From NCBI GenBank assembly GCA_013265495.1, contig MU061579.1, positions 4,426,327 through 4,490,326 of the forward strand: a stretch of 64,000 bases of DNA, written 5' to 3'. The translations under genes and the position numbers were made by a program. Below, in pieces: positions 24,975 to 38,139 of this stretch. The notes beneath the pieces were generated by a model. That model was not told the DNA's origin. It made no database searches and was given only the letters and a program-made list of their open reading frames with translations. Position 1 is the stretch's first letter. Each line of letters opens with the position of its first letter. The DNA comes from Vicugna vicugna (taxonomy: Eukaryota).

Positions 24975-25417
24975 CAGGCATACCTTGGAGATATTTCAGG
25001 TTCAGTTCCAGGCCACTGCAATAAAGGGAATATTGCAATAAAGTGAGTCACAAAAAGTTTTTGGTTTCCCAGTGCATATAAAAGTTATGTTTACACTATA
25101 CTATAGTCTATTAAGTATGCAATAGTATTATGTCTAAAAAAGGGATGTCCCTTAATTAGAAAACACAAAACAAAACAAAAAAATTCCAATAGTAACATCG
25201 AAGATCACTGATCACAGACCATCATAATAAACATAATAATAGGGGGAAAGTTTGAAATAGTTCGATAATTAACAAAATGTGATACAGAGACACAAAGTGA
25301 GCAAAAGCTATTGCAAAAGTGACACCCATAGACTTGCTTGAGGCAAATTACCACAGACCTTCAGTTTGCTTTTAAAAATGCAGTATCTATGAAGAGCAAT
25401 AAAACGAGGTGTGCCTG
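24975..25417 (+). mobile_element. Tigger1 internal-deletion derivative (TcMar DNA transposon) inside a MIR
   Basis: Terminal inverted repeats caggcataccttg / cgaggtgtgcctg with TA duplicated on both sides (24973-24974 and 25418-25419); only the two ends of Tigger1 are retained. Confidence 0.93.
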
Positions 25418-26350
25418 TAATCTCTCTGAGCCTCCATTAAAATTTGAAAAGTGACGTAGAATTCTATAAAACCATTTAGATTCTCTTTCTGCAGTAAAAT
25501 TCTACAATTATATTTCTCATCTCATTAAGTGTTTTCTCCCATTCTCCACAAGTGTTTCCCGACTGGTCAGAGGGAGGTCTTGCTTTGACTGAAGCAACAC
25601 TTGTTGTGGAGGGAAGTGATCTTTAGACAGGGGATATATCGGAGATATATCGAGCTGACTCAATCCCTGAGTTCAGCTAAAATACATTAAACATGTCTTC
25701 TATGTTCTTAATCTTCCTTGAAAGCAAGCTAGCAGGCAAAAAAACATATTCATTCCTTATCAGCTTAGCCCAAAACGTAGGAAGCAAAATCCTCTACCCT
25801 AAGTAAGTGTTTGGTATACAAATGAATGTGACAGGCTCAAAATAAGGGGGAGAAAAGTGCCTCCAAGAAACTGGAACTCATTTCTTGCCAGAGTACAGGT
25901 TGCAATCTGTGGCCGTAACACTAAATTAAATAAAATGCAAGCGAACAAAATGATAAATTGCACAGATATCAGAGTGCGGCATAATTAAATTTCGAATTTC
26001 ATTGGAACTTTATTTTGAAAGAAAAGAAAATAATGTCTATTTCATGGGATCTATTGAGAGACTCGTAAGTTTCAGACATCTTTTCTCACTGAAGAAAAGC
26101 CTTACAATAGAACCAAAATGCACTGTTCCATGAATCGAAGGCCATTTTAAGTGGAATGAGCATGACTATGTACATATGAATTATGAATGAAGAAACCATG
26201 AACACTGGAAGGTCAGTAAAATGCTTCCATGCTAATATTTTCAATTTACATGACTGTAAATTACACATAAGATATTTATAAGCAAGCAGTTATTTCAGTT
26301 CTTCTGAAATACAGATTTGACTAGATATACTGTTTGCCCTCTGCTTAGAT

Positions 26351-26571
26351 CAGTCATTCACAACTGGGAGCGATTTTGCCGCCAGGGAACATTTGGCAGT
26401 GGCTGCGGACGTTTTTGTCTGTCACATCTGGGCAGGCGCAGGGGGAGGTTATTGCTTCTGTCACTGACTGAGTCCAGGTGTAGGATGCTGTGACCATGCA
26501 GGGGAAAGCCTCCCCAGGAACAAAGAACTGTCTAACTCAAGCCGTCACCAGTGCTGAGGCTGAGAACCCTG
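26351..26571 (+). mobile_element. MER20 (hAT-Charlie non-autonomous element)
   Basis: cagt...gattttgcc...gacgttttt...gtgctgaggctgagaaccctg; 8-bp TSD gcttagat/ccttagat. Confidence 0.9.
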
Positions 26572-27369
26572 CCTTAGATTAATTACGTACTACCTCACCA
26601 TCCATTTCACGTAAAGTACGGATTTTGAGGGCGCAAGGTATTAAATATTATAATACAGAGTGAAGAAAACAAGGGAAGAGAAGTCATTGTTTTTTAATTA
26701 AGATAGAAAAACCGATGTAAGTTGAAAAAAGAAAAAAGAATCAATGACAAGGCTCCAGTTTTGTACAACTGTGTCGTTCCCAAACTGCACTGAATCTGTT
26801 TTGGTTCACTGTAACTCTGTCTATTGTCTACCTTCGCTGCTATTACTTAAATAGAGTCAAGACAACAACAGCCTTGTGCTAAACTACAGATTCTCACCCA
26901 AATCTAAAACTGGATAGAGTCCAATTCCAAAATTAAGAAATATTGGAAAACAGCACAGTTAAAATATAAATAATAAGATACATTATATGAAGAACAATAA
27001 GCTATCTTTTGCTTTATTTTATTTAAAGGACACTAAGATAGTATCCTATCTTTGCAGTAGACTAATAACAAGGTATTGAGTTGCCTTGTACTGTAAGACT
27101 CTGGTTCTAAATGTTGAGACAAATATTTTAAGAGTAGTTTAGTAATCTGAATTACACACATATTATTACAAAAGTAATAGATGTTTACTAGGAAATTGGA
27201 AAGTACAAAAAGCATGAAAGTTGAAAATAAAAATTTTCTATAAATGTGATGAAAATATTCTGTAAAATGATTTTCTTCCCAGGTCATTTCCAACAAACAT
27301 TTTAATAAAGATTGCATTGCACTCCATCACACGCATTTACCTTAGTAGAAGTAACCATTCCCTTATTCA

Positions 27370-27501
27370 TTAATATATTCATTCATTTGGCAAATATTTG
27401 AACTTTTACTATCTACCAGGAATTCACAGGAGATGGATTAGGGAGCAAACAAAATAAATTTCCTACCTTTATATTTGAACCTATGTTTTATTGCAGAAGG
27501 C

Positions 27502-27540
<39 letters not shown>

Positions 27541-28110
27541 GAAAGGTTATTTGGACATAAAGTTATCATCAAGGGTGAATGGCTGCTTCCAAGGATTGCA
27601 GGGAAAGTCTTTGAGGAGGTAATTTAGTCGTCTGTACTACATTTGGACCGAGGCCTGAATGAAATTATCTCTCTCAAGTGAGAGCAATTTACTCTCAGCT
27701 GCAAAAACATTAAATTCAAAAGCCCTAAGATGAGACTATGCTTGCCATTATCAAGAAAAGATAAGTAGACCAGAGTGACTGGAGCAAAGGAAGGTAACCA
27801 GGGACTTACTTGGTCAGATGAGGAGGTGAAGGCCGAGGTTAGGAGACTGGACTTGAAGTGGAATGGGAAGCTACTGGAGGGGATGAAATAATACAATTAC
27901 GATGTAATAGACCACTCTGCTGGCTGTGTGCAAAGAACCTGGGAAGGGGGCTGGAGTAATTGTGGGGAACCAGTCAGGAGGTTATTACTGTCGTCCCACA
28001 AACGTGAGAATGACCTGCACTGGGGTAGTCCTGGAGGAACAGAATAGCAGAATTTGGGACATCAAGTGGAGCCCTTAGTCTTGCTCACAACCTGGGTGAC
28101 TGTAAGAGAG
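27370..28110 (-). mobile_element. L2 fragment
   Basis: attcattcatttggcaaatatttgaac tail; tggaatgggaagctactggaggg and gaccactctgctggctgtg motifs. Confidence 0.75.
27504..27538. repeat. (GT)17 microsatellite
   Basis: Perfect run read directly. Confidence 0.98.
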
Positions 28111-28333
28111 AGCGAGACCAAAAACAGTTCGATTTTAACAGTCTGAAATACTTCTTGGGTGAAGATTCTTTTTCATAAATCTTCTTACAGATCTTTAATA
28201 ATTCACTACGGGTAATTACTTATGACTTGAGTGATTGGATTTCAGATATGCCCCTTTTATATTTTAAAGCCTACTGATCTAGTATATAGTATGTAGTGTG
28301 ATTCTTTTAAACAAATACCTCATAGTTAGAACC

Positions 28334-28675
28334 TGTTAAAATATCAACCGAGGCATATTAAAGAATTTAAGACTTTATTCGAGCATCTATCCATTCCATT
28401 CAGGCAGTGCCAAACCAGGAGTGGTTAGGAGTGTTCCAGTGACAGGAGCTCAGGGAGAGACGTGTATAGCAAAAAGAGCAGAAGAAAGGTAAGGAAATTA
28501 CTGATCGGCTATAGCTTACAGCCTCATTATTATTTCCTTAGGTTTGCGATTGGCTGTCCTCAGGCTTCAATTTGGTAACCTTGAGACATTTGCTGGCTTC
28601 GGTTTTAGTTTGCTTAAATGGGCCACCTGGGCCTTAGAGCCCCCTCAGTCTAGTGGTCTCCTTGTTAACTTAACA
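28334..28675 (-). mobile_element. ERV1-class solo LTR
   Basis: tgttaa...ttaaca inverted ends; near-TSD aacc/agcc; antisense AATAAA. Confidence 0.8.
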
Positions 28676-28759
28676 AGCCAAATAAGTGTAGATTATTATT
28701 TTTCATCATTATGACATCATTACATTATTAAATTTTTATAGAGGCAACTCGTTTGTGAG

Positions 28760-29200
28760 AAAGTAAGCAGTGATTCACAACCAGCAATGTATCAGAATAT
28801 CATTTTCCTAAACACTCACCAATATTGTCTATTGCATTTTTCTACTGACATTTTTACAGGAACAAATTCAATGATATTATGTTTTCATGGATGTGTTGGT
28901 CTTGTGTATTTCTTTTTTAGTGCATTGCTTATTCATGTCGCTTGTTTCTACTTACCTCAAGAACTGATCAATACTTTTCCTATGTAAGTTATATTAACCT
29001 TTGTATGGTATACTGTAGATATTTTTCAGGTTTTTATTTACATTTAGATTTTTCATTCATCTTGATTATAAAAATGTTTTTACTTATTGTTTGGAAAATC
29101 AACTGAATTTACCTATAATAGATTCTTACTTTGTTTTTATTGTACAAAAGCCCTCCATTTAAAGAACAAATAGTTTAAAAATATACTTTCTCAATGTGAT
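28760..29200 (-). mobile_element. Very old L1 fragment
   Basis: accagcaatgtatcaga...acactcaccaatatt is antisense to the ORF2 C-terminal region. Confidence 0.55.
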
Positions 29201-29269
29201 TCCACGTTTATCTTTTTAATCATTATTTTCATCTGATTTCTTAGTGATATCTTTTTAATCCTTAAGGTT

Positions 29270-29700
29270 TTATTCATTCATCTATTATTCCATAAATATT
29301 TTTGATAATCTAATGAATACCAGGCACTGTGCTAGGGGCCAGGGAAAATATCATGTGTAAAAATAGAAAGGATGTCATTCCTTGTGAATTTATGCTTTAA
29401 TAAGGAGAAACAGTAATCACATGATCCCTAAAATACATGGGAAATTCCTACAGCCATTTGCTACAACAGAGAGGAGTCAAGCTCTAGGCCAGGATATAAA
29501 GGATAAATTAAGCTTTTCAAGAGGGGTTGGGGATATTATTTCTATGGAAGCCACAAAGAAGCTAAAATCTGAAGGATATGTGAGAATTAACTCAGTGTAG
29601 GGATTTAGAGGAACACTCCAACAAGGGGAAATAGTTATTCAAAGACTTAATATCAAGAAGGAATACTTAGCATTCAAGGAGCTAAAGGAATTCCAATTAT
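29270..29700 (-). mobile_element. L2 3' fragment
   Basis: attcattcat...ccaggcactgtgctaggggccaggga. Confidence 0.75.
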
Positions 29701-30186
29701 TTAGGAAGTAAAGTAGAAATTAAAATCATCCTTCTTCCCAATAATAAATAATTTTTCCAGAATGAATGATTAAATAGTCTGTCCACTTCCCACCTTAATT
29801 GCATACAACTATTTTTATATTTAGGTCTGGGTCTCAGAATATTTATGTTTTAGGAAACCGAGCCGTTAGTCTGTCCTTTCATGAATACCAGATACCTTTA
29901 ATCACTTGGCTTTTACAGTATTACTTAGATGCATTTCAAATGAAATGCTATTTTTGAATTATGCAAATGAGGCAACAATTTCTAATCGCTTATAATTTTT
30001 TTCAGTGTCAACAGTTGTCTATTCCTTGGGGCCAGATGATTGAATCGTTTAGCTACTTCATGTTTGATAATGTGTCCTACACTATAATGAAACTGTGGAA
30101 ACCTGTGAAGTCAAAGAAATACAGGCTGTTTTTTGAACAGCTATCTCAAATGAAGCTTTGCTTTTATATGTGCTTAAATTATTATA

Positions 30187-30438
30187 ATAACAGTAAAAAT
30201 ACCAATTACATTTTGAACACTTGCTCACTACGATCCACTGTAATAAAAGCATTACATGTGTATCATTTACTCTTTACAAATCCAACAAAGCACAGACATA
30301 ATTTAGTCCATTTCACTAATAAGAAAATTAAGTCTCAGTGACTAATCCACAGTCACACACAACTAATAAGGGTTGCATTAAGGAGTCCAATTCAAAATCA
30401 CTTTTATTTCAAAAGTAACATGTTTAACCCCAATGCTA
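30187..30438 (-). mobile_element. MIR, near full length
   Basis: gaacacttgct...aagcattacatgtgtatcatt...ccatttcactaataagaaaattaagtctcag...agtcacac. Confidence 0.75.
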
Positions 30439-31507
30439 ACCAGTATTTATTGTTTCCTGTGACTATATTGTAGTTGGGGTTCAATTAGTTTTGGAAGATT
30501 AAGTTAAATCTCTAAATTTCCTAGTGTGTGATATATTGTAGGCGTCTAAACCATATGATTTACTTCAGAAAGAATCTGTTTTGGCATAAATATTAATACC
30601 CCCCAAACATTTGAGTGTACTGAATAAAGAGTCCTGAATCATTTGATTAACTTGGCCTGGAATGCTGAAACACTGCATATTCAGAATTATATCTGGCAAC
30701 ACAAGCAAGGTGATTATTTATCTCAGATATTTGAATTGTACTTATGTAGTGAACATTGTTCCTTTAGTCACAAGTTTTTATTCTAGAGCTCCAACTAAAT
30801 ATAAGAATTGAGGATTATATTTCTTAAGAAGGACCATTTATATATACCTGTCTATATTGTTTCCCTTTGAGACTTAGAGCAATTTTTAGACTAAATTATA
30901 CATTTTAAACTTCAAAAGTTGTGTATAGTAATAAACATTTATTTCTGCAAGTGGATACTACTCAGATAATGAATACATATGTGGAGTCACTGGATTTTAA
31001 TACCTCACATGAAAACAGTTGTGGCAGAGAATGCTGTGTAGTTTAAGCACCCTCAGGGGTAAATAATTTTAAATCAATGACTTCAGATATTATGCTTCTG
31101 AAATACAGTCTCTCACAGGAGTTTCCTGGCAACACTGGTAAACATTATGCCATCTGTATAATTGCTCTGTGTACTTTCATTTCTTTAACTTAAAAGGCAG
31201 TGTTGGGGGAAAGGACTACATTAGAAATGGATTACTCTGAACACAATTGACAAAATTTTTCTGTTTTATACATATATATATATATATATCTGATATTACA
31301 TATATAAAATTAACAATTAGACTCTGGAGATTTGAGTAGCTAGAACATATTAGACCATTAGACTTTATTTTCTTCTCATAAGTGAATGTTCTGGGGAGTT
31401 TCCTTTACAAGTAATCCAGGTTCTCTGGCTTCTTCTGTGTCATGACTCCACTATTCATTTGCTTCCCATTGCAACCTGCATCTTTTTGGAGGAAATACAG
31501 TGAATGC

Positions 31508-31930
31508 TGTGGTGTGCTGCCTTCTTGGGACTCAGTATTCATTTCTCTACTTGATGGGAATGGTGGCTCTTGAGGGCAGAAACCTGAGGGCCTCTTTAGT
31601 TACCCTTGGCTGGAGAAGCTGTCTTTCCCAGGGTTGCTCTTTTCCTCAGAGACTGTCCACAACAAATAACTAGTCAACGAGGAATTTACAAAGATCCATT
31701 CCATTGCTTCAAGTGTTGCTATTGCTGAGAAGCTATTCCAGCCTTGAACTCACTGTGGCATTGGCTGAGGCCTCTATTGAGGACATATTCTCTATTGCAG
31801 AGAGAAATGTCCAACTTCTCTCTTCAATCCTGCTTCCTTCACTTCCCTACAAGTATTGTTCTTGAGTATCTTCCAGATTAAACCACCTATATGCAAACAT
31901 GTCTGTCTCCTATGGAACCAGATTATAAGA
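31508..31930 (+). mobile_element. ERVL LTR (LTR16C-like), apparently inside an antisense MLT1 relic spanning about 31390-32080
   Basis: tgtggtgtgctgcc start; ggctgaggcctct and caatcctgcttccttcacttccctaca motifs. Confidence 0.65.
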
Positions 31931-33121
31931 GAAGAAAGAGAAAGTGTGGAAGGCACACCCCTGTTTCTTAAAATGTCCTGGCCTGGAAGCCCAAGGTATC
32001 ACTTCCATTCACATTACAATAGCTTGAACTAGTCTCACGACTACGCATAGACGCAAGACTACTGAGAAGTATACTGCTTCCCTAAAGTATGTACAAAAGA
32101 GTGGAAGTACAAAAATCACTGCAACAGTGAATATGTGAATAGAAACTTTTAGAAGCTAGGGGACTTAGAATGAAATTGTATTTAAATTGTTAAAATTCTT
32201 CAAGTACAAAAATGAGATTTTTGTTTTTTATATGCTTACATTCAAACCAAGTATAGACAGAACAGAATTATATTCTGTTTCTAGGAGTATTATTTATTTT
32301 TTAAATAAATTCAAAATAGATATTTTCTTGTCAAAATTATACACATTATTCTTTCATCTTATGAGAATTTTTAAATTACTGTACATTTGCTAAACAATAA
32401 AATCACTTAAGAAAGAACAAATCCATAACTATATATTATTTATGTTATATTAGTGAAAATGGATAAATAGTTCTGTACTGTGGGGATAAATTTATGATGC
32501 AGTCTAGATTAAGAGCCGTGAGATTAAAAGAAATGTTATCAAAATAATATTGGAGGAACCAAGGAAGTTTCATCAGCACAGCCATTTTATATGTCTTGAA
32601 GGTAGGTAGATGAAAAATGCCCCTTGCATTTATGCAGAGTACATCCTGGAAGGCTATAGTAAGAGGCCTCTGTGTAGAAGATGATACAACATGAACTCTA
32701 TCTTCATTCATAGTCATTAGCCCAGCCAGGTAGCAGGGCAAAAAAAAGTTTTAACGATTGCATATGTACAAATCCTGTCACATGGTGTACATAGCTGAAG
32801 AATGCATGTATACATACACTAAAAAATATATAATCACAACATTTATTCAACATTGAGCAGGCACATTCATAAACAGCAGTAATTTGATTGTATGGCTAGA
32901 GCAACATTTAGATTATTCAGTGGAAAGCATTACATTAAAGGGGAAATTTAGAAAGACAGAAAGTGGCATCAAATTTAACCAGAAGAAATTTTTAGAAAGG
33001 CCCATTAGTTACAGTGTTTAACCAAATCTTGTGGAAAGATAAAAGGATAAAACAGGGAGATAAAAAAGAGAGAACTGGGAAATGATTTGCATTCTTGCAA
33101 CTACAAAAGGCATAGTGCCAA

Positions 33122-36100
33122 GAGTTAACACCTATCCTTCACAAACAATTCCAAAAAATTGCAGAGAAAAGAATGCTCCTGAACTTATTCCACAAGGCCA
33201 GCATCATCCTGAAATCCAACATCAGATACAGCTATAACAAAAAAGATAATTACAGGCCAGTATCATTGATGAACATAGATGCAAAAATACTCAACAAAAT
33301 ATTAGCAAGCTGAATTACATTAAACAATACTTTAAAATGATCATATACTATGATCAAGTGGAATTTATCTCAGGGATACAAGGATGGTTCAATATCTGCA
33401 AATAAATCATCACATTAACAAAGTGAAGAATTAAAAATCATATGATCATCACAATAGATGCAGAAAAAACTTTTGATAAAATTCAACATCCATTTATGAT
33501 AAAAAGTCTCAACAAAGTAAGCATAGAGGGAACATATCAGAATATAATAAGGGCCAGATATGATAAGTCCAGAGCTAGCATCATAATCAGTGGTGAAAAG
33601 CTGAAAACATTTTCTGTAAGATTAAGAACAAGACAAGAATGCCCACCTTCTTCACTTTTATTCAGCATAGTCTTGGAAATCATAGCCACAGCAGTCAGAC
33701 AAGGAAAGAAATGAAAGGAATCCAAATTGTAAAGGAGTAAATAAAACTGCCATTATTTGCAGACGACATGTTACCTATATAAAAAATCCTCCAACACCAT
33801 CAAAAAAATATTTGAGATATAAATGAAGTCAATAGAATTACAGGATACAAAATTAATATACAGAAATCTGTTGTATGTCTATACATTAACAATGAACTCT
33901 CAGGAAGAGAAATTTAAAAAACAATCCCATTTAAAGTCACATCAAAAATAATAAAATACCTAGGGGAAGAAAATTAAAGGGGTAAAAGACCTGCACTTGG
34001 AAAACTAAAGGACATGGATGAAAGAAATTGAAGATGACACAAACAAATGAAAAGATATACCTTGTTCATGAGTTGGAAAAATTAATATTGTTAAAATGAC
34101 CATACTACCTAACATGATCTACAAATTCAATGCAGCCCCTATCAAGATACCAGTGACATTTTTCAAAGAACTAGAACAAATCATTTTAATTGTATGGAAC
34201 ACAAAAGACCCTAAATAGCCCATGCAATCTTGAGAATGAAGTACAGAGCTGAAGGAATTATGCTCCCTGACCTCAGACTATACTGCAAAGCTACAGTAAT
34301 CAAAACAGTATGGTACTTGCACAAAAACACACATAGACAAATGAACAGAATAAAGAGCCCAGAAATGAATTCACACTTATATGTTTGACTAATCTATGAC
34401 AAAGAAGGCAAGAATATACAATAGGGAAACCTATTTAATAAGTGGTGTTGGAAGACTACAGCTACATGTAAAACAATCCAATTGGACTACTCTCTCACTC
34501 CATGCACAAAGATAAATTCAAAATGGATTAAAGGCTTAAATGTAACACCTGGAACCATAAAACTTCTAGAGGAAAACATAGGCAGTACTCCCTTTGATAT
34601 TAATCTTAGTGATTTTGGGTGGGAGGGTATGTCTCCTCAAGAGAGGGAGATGAAAGCAAAGGTAAATGAATGGGACTACAACAAACTAAAAAGCTTTTGT
34701 ACAATGAGGGAAACCATCAACAAAATAAGAAGGAAACCTGATGAATGGGAGAAGATATTTGCAAATGACAGGTCTGATAAGGGGTTAATATTCAGAATAT
34801 ACAAAGAATTCATACAACTCAACATCAAAAAAACAAACACCTCAATTAAAAAATGGGCAGAGGATCTAAATAGACATTTTTCCAAAGAAGACATAAAGAT
34901 GGCAAATGAAAGTATGATCAACATTGCTAATCATCAGGGAAATGCAAATCCAAATGACAATAAAATATCACCTCACACCTTTCAGAATGGCTATTATCAA
35001 AAAGACAACAATAACAAGTGTTGGTGAGGATGTAGAGAAAAGGGAACCCTCTGGCACTGTTGGTGGGGTGGGAATGTAAACTTGTATATTCACTATGGAA
35101 AACAGTATGGAGATTCTTCAAAAAATTAAAACTAGAACTACCATATGATCCAGCTATTCCACTTCTGGGTATCTATCCAAGGAAAACAAAAACAGTTACT
35201 GGAAAAGACATCTGTATTCCTATGTTCATTGCAGCACCATTTGCAATAGCCAAGATATGGAAGCAGACCAAGTGCCCATCAATAGATGAATTAATAAAGA
35301 AGATGTGATATATACAGTGGAATATACTCAGCTATAAAAGAAATGAAATCTTGCCATTGTGACAACATAGATGGACCTAGAGGGTATTATGCTGAGTGAT
35401 ATTAGTCAGACAGAAATACTGTATGATTTCACTTAAATGTGGAATCTACAAAATGAAACAAATAAATAAATGTAACAAAACAGAAACAGTTACAGATACA
35501 GAGAATAAACAGGTGATTGCCAGAGGGGAGCATATGGAGGAAAATATCGATGTGAGAGAGAAAGAGGTACAAAATTCCAGTTGCAAAATAAATGAGTCAT
35601 GGGTATGAAATATACAGTGTGGGTAATATAGTCAGTAAGTATGTATATCTTTGTATGGTGCCATGTCATAATTAGACTTATCATGGTGATCATTTTAAAA
35701 TATATAGAAATACCAAATCACCGTGTTGTGTAACAGGAACTAACATAGTGTAGGTCAATCATATTTCAAAAACAAACAACAAACTCATAGAAAAAAAGAT
35801 CAGATTTGTGGTTACCAGAAGCAGGGGTTACGGGGAGCAGGAATTTGATAAAGACTGTTAACAGGTACAAACTTCCAGTTATAGGATAAATAAGTACCAG
35901 GTATATAATGTACAACATGACAAAGGTAATTAACACTGATGTATATTATATATGAAAGCAAGTTCTTAAGAGAATAAATCCTAAGAGTTCTCCTCCCACA
36001 CAGACACAAATTTTCTCTATTTCTTTAATTCTGTATCTGTGTGAGAGAATGCATGCTCACTAAACTTACTGTGATAATTATTTCGTGATGTATGATAGTC

Positions 36101-36178
36101 AAATCATTATACTGTACACCTTAAATTTACACAGTGTGCTTTATGTCAATTATGTCTCAGTAAAACTGAAGGGGAAAA
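33122..36178 (+). mobile_element. 5'-truncated L1 (L1_Art-like): ORF2 reverse-transcriptase to C-terminus plus a double 3' UTR
   Basis: ORF2 fragments [17 protein letters not shown] and [13 protein letters not shown] motif (tttgcagacgac) near 33757; exact 17-bp TSD aaaaggcatagtgccaa at 33105-33121 and 36179-36195. Confidence 0.95.
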
Positions 36179-36209
36179 AAAAGGCATAGTGCCAATAGGC
36201 CAGTTTATT

Positions 36210-36570
36210 TATTAAAAACCTATCAGACACTCTTGTTATGTCCTGGGTGAATCAAGCAGTCTCTGACCTCAAAGAGTTTATACTTTACTGGAGAAGATAT
36301 CATACAGAAATATATTACATTTCATATGTGGCATGAAATGAAACAAAGAATGCAGATAAAGATACTGATGGTTAATTTATTTATGTTTTTAATAAGGTAA
36401 TGATTGAAGACATCTGTAAAGAGGTGACATTTGACCAGAGGATTGACAGAAGCAGGGGAAGGAGCAGTTTGAACATCTGGGGAAAGAGAGGAGTAAGTAC
36501 AAAGTCCCTGACTTGTGAGAGCATGCTGGGTGCATCTAAGGAATGAGAAAGAAAAGAGGCAGGATGGATA
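36210..36570 (-). mobile_element. L2 fragment
   Basis: tgacctcaaagagtttatac; gaggtgacatttgaccagag. Confidence 0.65.
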
Positions 36571-37185
36571 GAGTTTTGTCACAACTGAGTTTGCTATGTC
36601 TTTTGTCACAATGCCTGGGCTCTCATGAACACAGTAAATAGCAAAAGCAAGTACAAGTACCTTCTCTTACTTGTACTGTTAAACAGTGCCCCAGCATGAC
36701 ATTGAAATGGACTTATACTCAAGTTTTGGATACTTTTTAGTAACGATTATATACCACATGGAGCCACACTGTATAAAACATGATTTATGTTTTATTTTTT
36801 TAATGCAATAAAATATTTAATGTCTCTACTTTTAACTATTCATTTTGCAAAATTATTTTGACCTCAAATAGTTAGGGACTTCGAGGACAGGTAACTTGCA
36901 GGTGTTTTAAGAAGATAAAAAAACTTTAGTCTGAAATATTTAAGCAATGAATCATGATAGTCAAGTTAGCTTAAGAGGAATTTCAGGCAGATTCAAGCCA
37001 TGTATCTGTAGTCAACAGACATAAAATGTAGAAATTTGGGCCAAGAAAAGACAAATCAAACACTGATGCTATGAAAAAAACAAAGAAATAAATGTCTTGA
37101 ACATAATGACAAAGAACAACACATCATGCTATTCATGTTAAGTAATATCTGATAGAAGATATAAAAAAGCATTTTTCAGTCACCA

Positions 37186-37222
37186 ACACACACACACACA
37201 CACACACACATACACACACACA
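37186..37222. repeat. (AC)n microsatellite with one interruption
   Basis: Read directly. Confidence 0.97.
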
Positions 37223-38139
37223 AACCATGCACACATGCACATATTAGCAACAATGATCTTAAATCAAGGCAAACATTTGCTTCATTTACCATGTTTTTTC
37301 TCCTCTTCAAAATGTCCATTTTTATTTTACCTAGTCACCTATATGGAAAACTCAGGAAAAACACCATAAGTAAATAACAGTCACTTCATTAAATCCATGA
37401 GAACAACTCTTAAAATTTATGATAGATTAACAATGTGAAAAAAAACAACAACTAGGCAATATTCTTAACAATCTTCATGCATTATACATATGTCCAATTT
37501 TCAGCAGATAATATAAAAATTATCATTTGAAATGTAAATCTCACAGAAATCTTTAACTGGATGAAATATATATATATTTGTTTCATCTAATAAATAGTAA
37601 GACAAAAAGCACCCCAAAGAATATTCTGGTAAATAGGAAGAAAATACATTCTTATTGACATGTGGAAAGTTCCTACATGTGAATTTCTATGTGTGAAGAG
37701 CTAAGAAGCTAACACTTCGCAGTAAGAGAGAAGCTAGGGGAATTCTCTTGAAGTTATATTTGAATATCATGCACAACATTTTCACTTAGATTAATTTAAT
37801 TGGCTTGGGAATGGATGGATGATACGGATGTGAAAGGACTAAATTTTCCCACATCCAGAGCCACCTCCAGAGCCACCCTTTGGCAGCACCATTTTGCTAG
37901 ACACATAAATCAAATGGCATTACATGGCATACATTTATAATAAAGAGATGAAAAACTGGCTTCTGTTTTCTAGAAGCTTAGTAACTTTGAGTAAAATAGA
38001 GAATTTCAAAATAACATGAAAATTTCTCAATTGTAAAAATGCAAAGTGTACAATAGCTTCAAACCAGATGCCCTGTGATATAAGGGAAGCCTTTATTTTT
38101 AGTATTTCTCTTCTGATTTTTCTCTGTTGCTCATTCTTC

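Noticed and set aside
29961..30341. 126-aa ORF
   Set aside because: Its 3' half runs through an antisense MIR and the composition is typical of AT-rich non-coding DNA.
34482..35308. 181-aa and 82-aa ORFs as host genes
   Set aside because: Frameshifted L1 ORF2 fragments.
36650..36677. 10-bp inverted repeat agtacaagta / tacttgtact
   Set aside because: Isolated, near chance expectation when loop length is free, and too short for a miRNA precursor.
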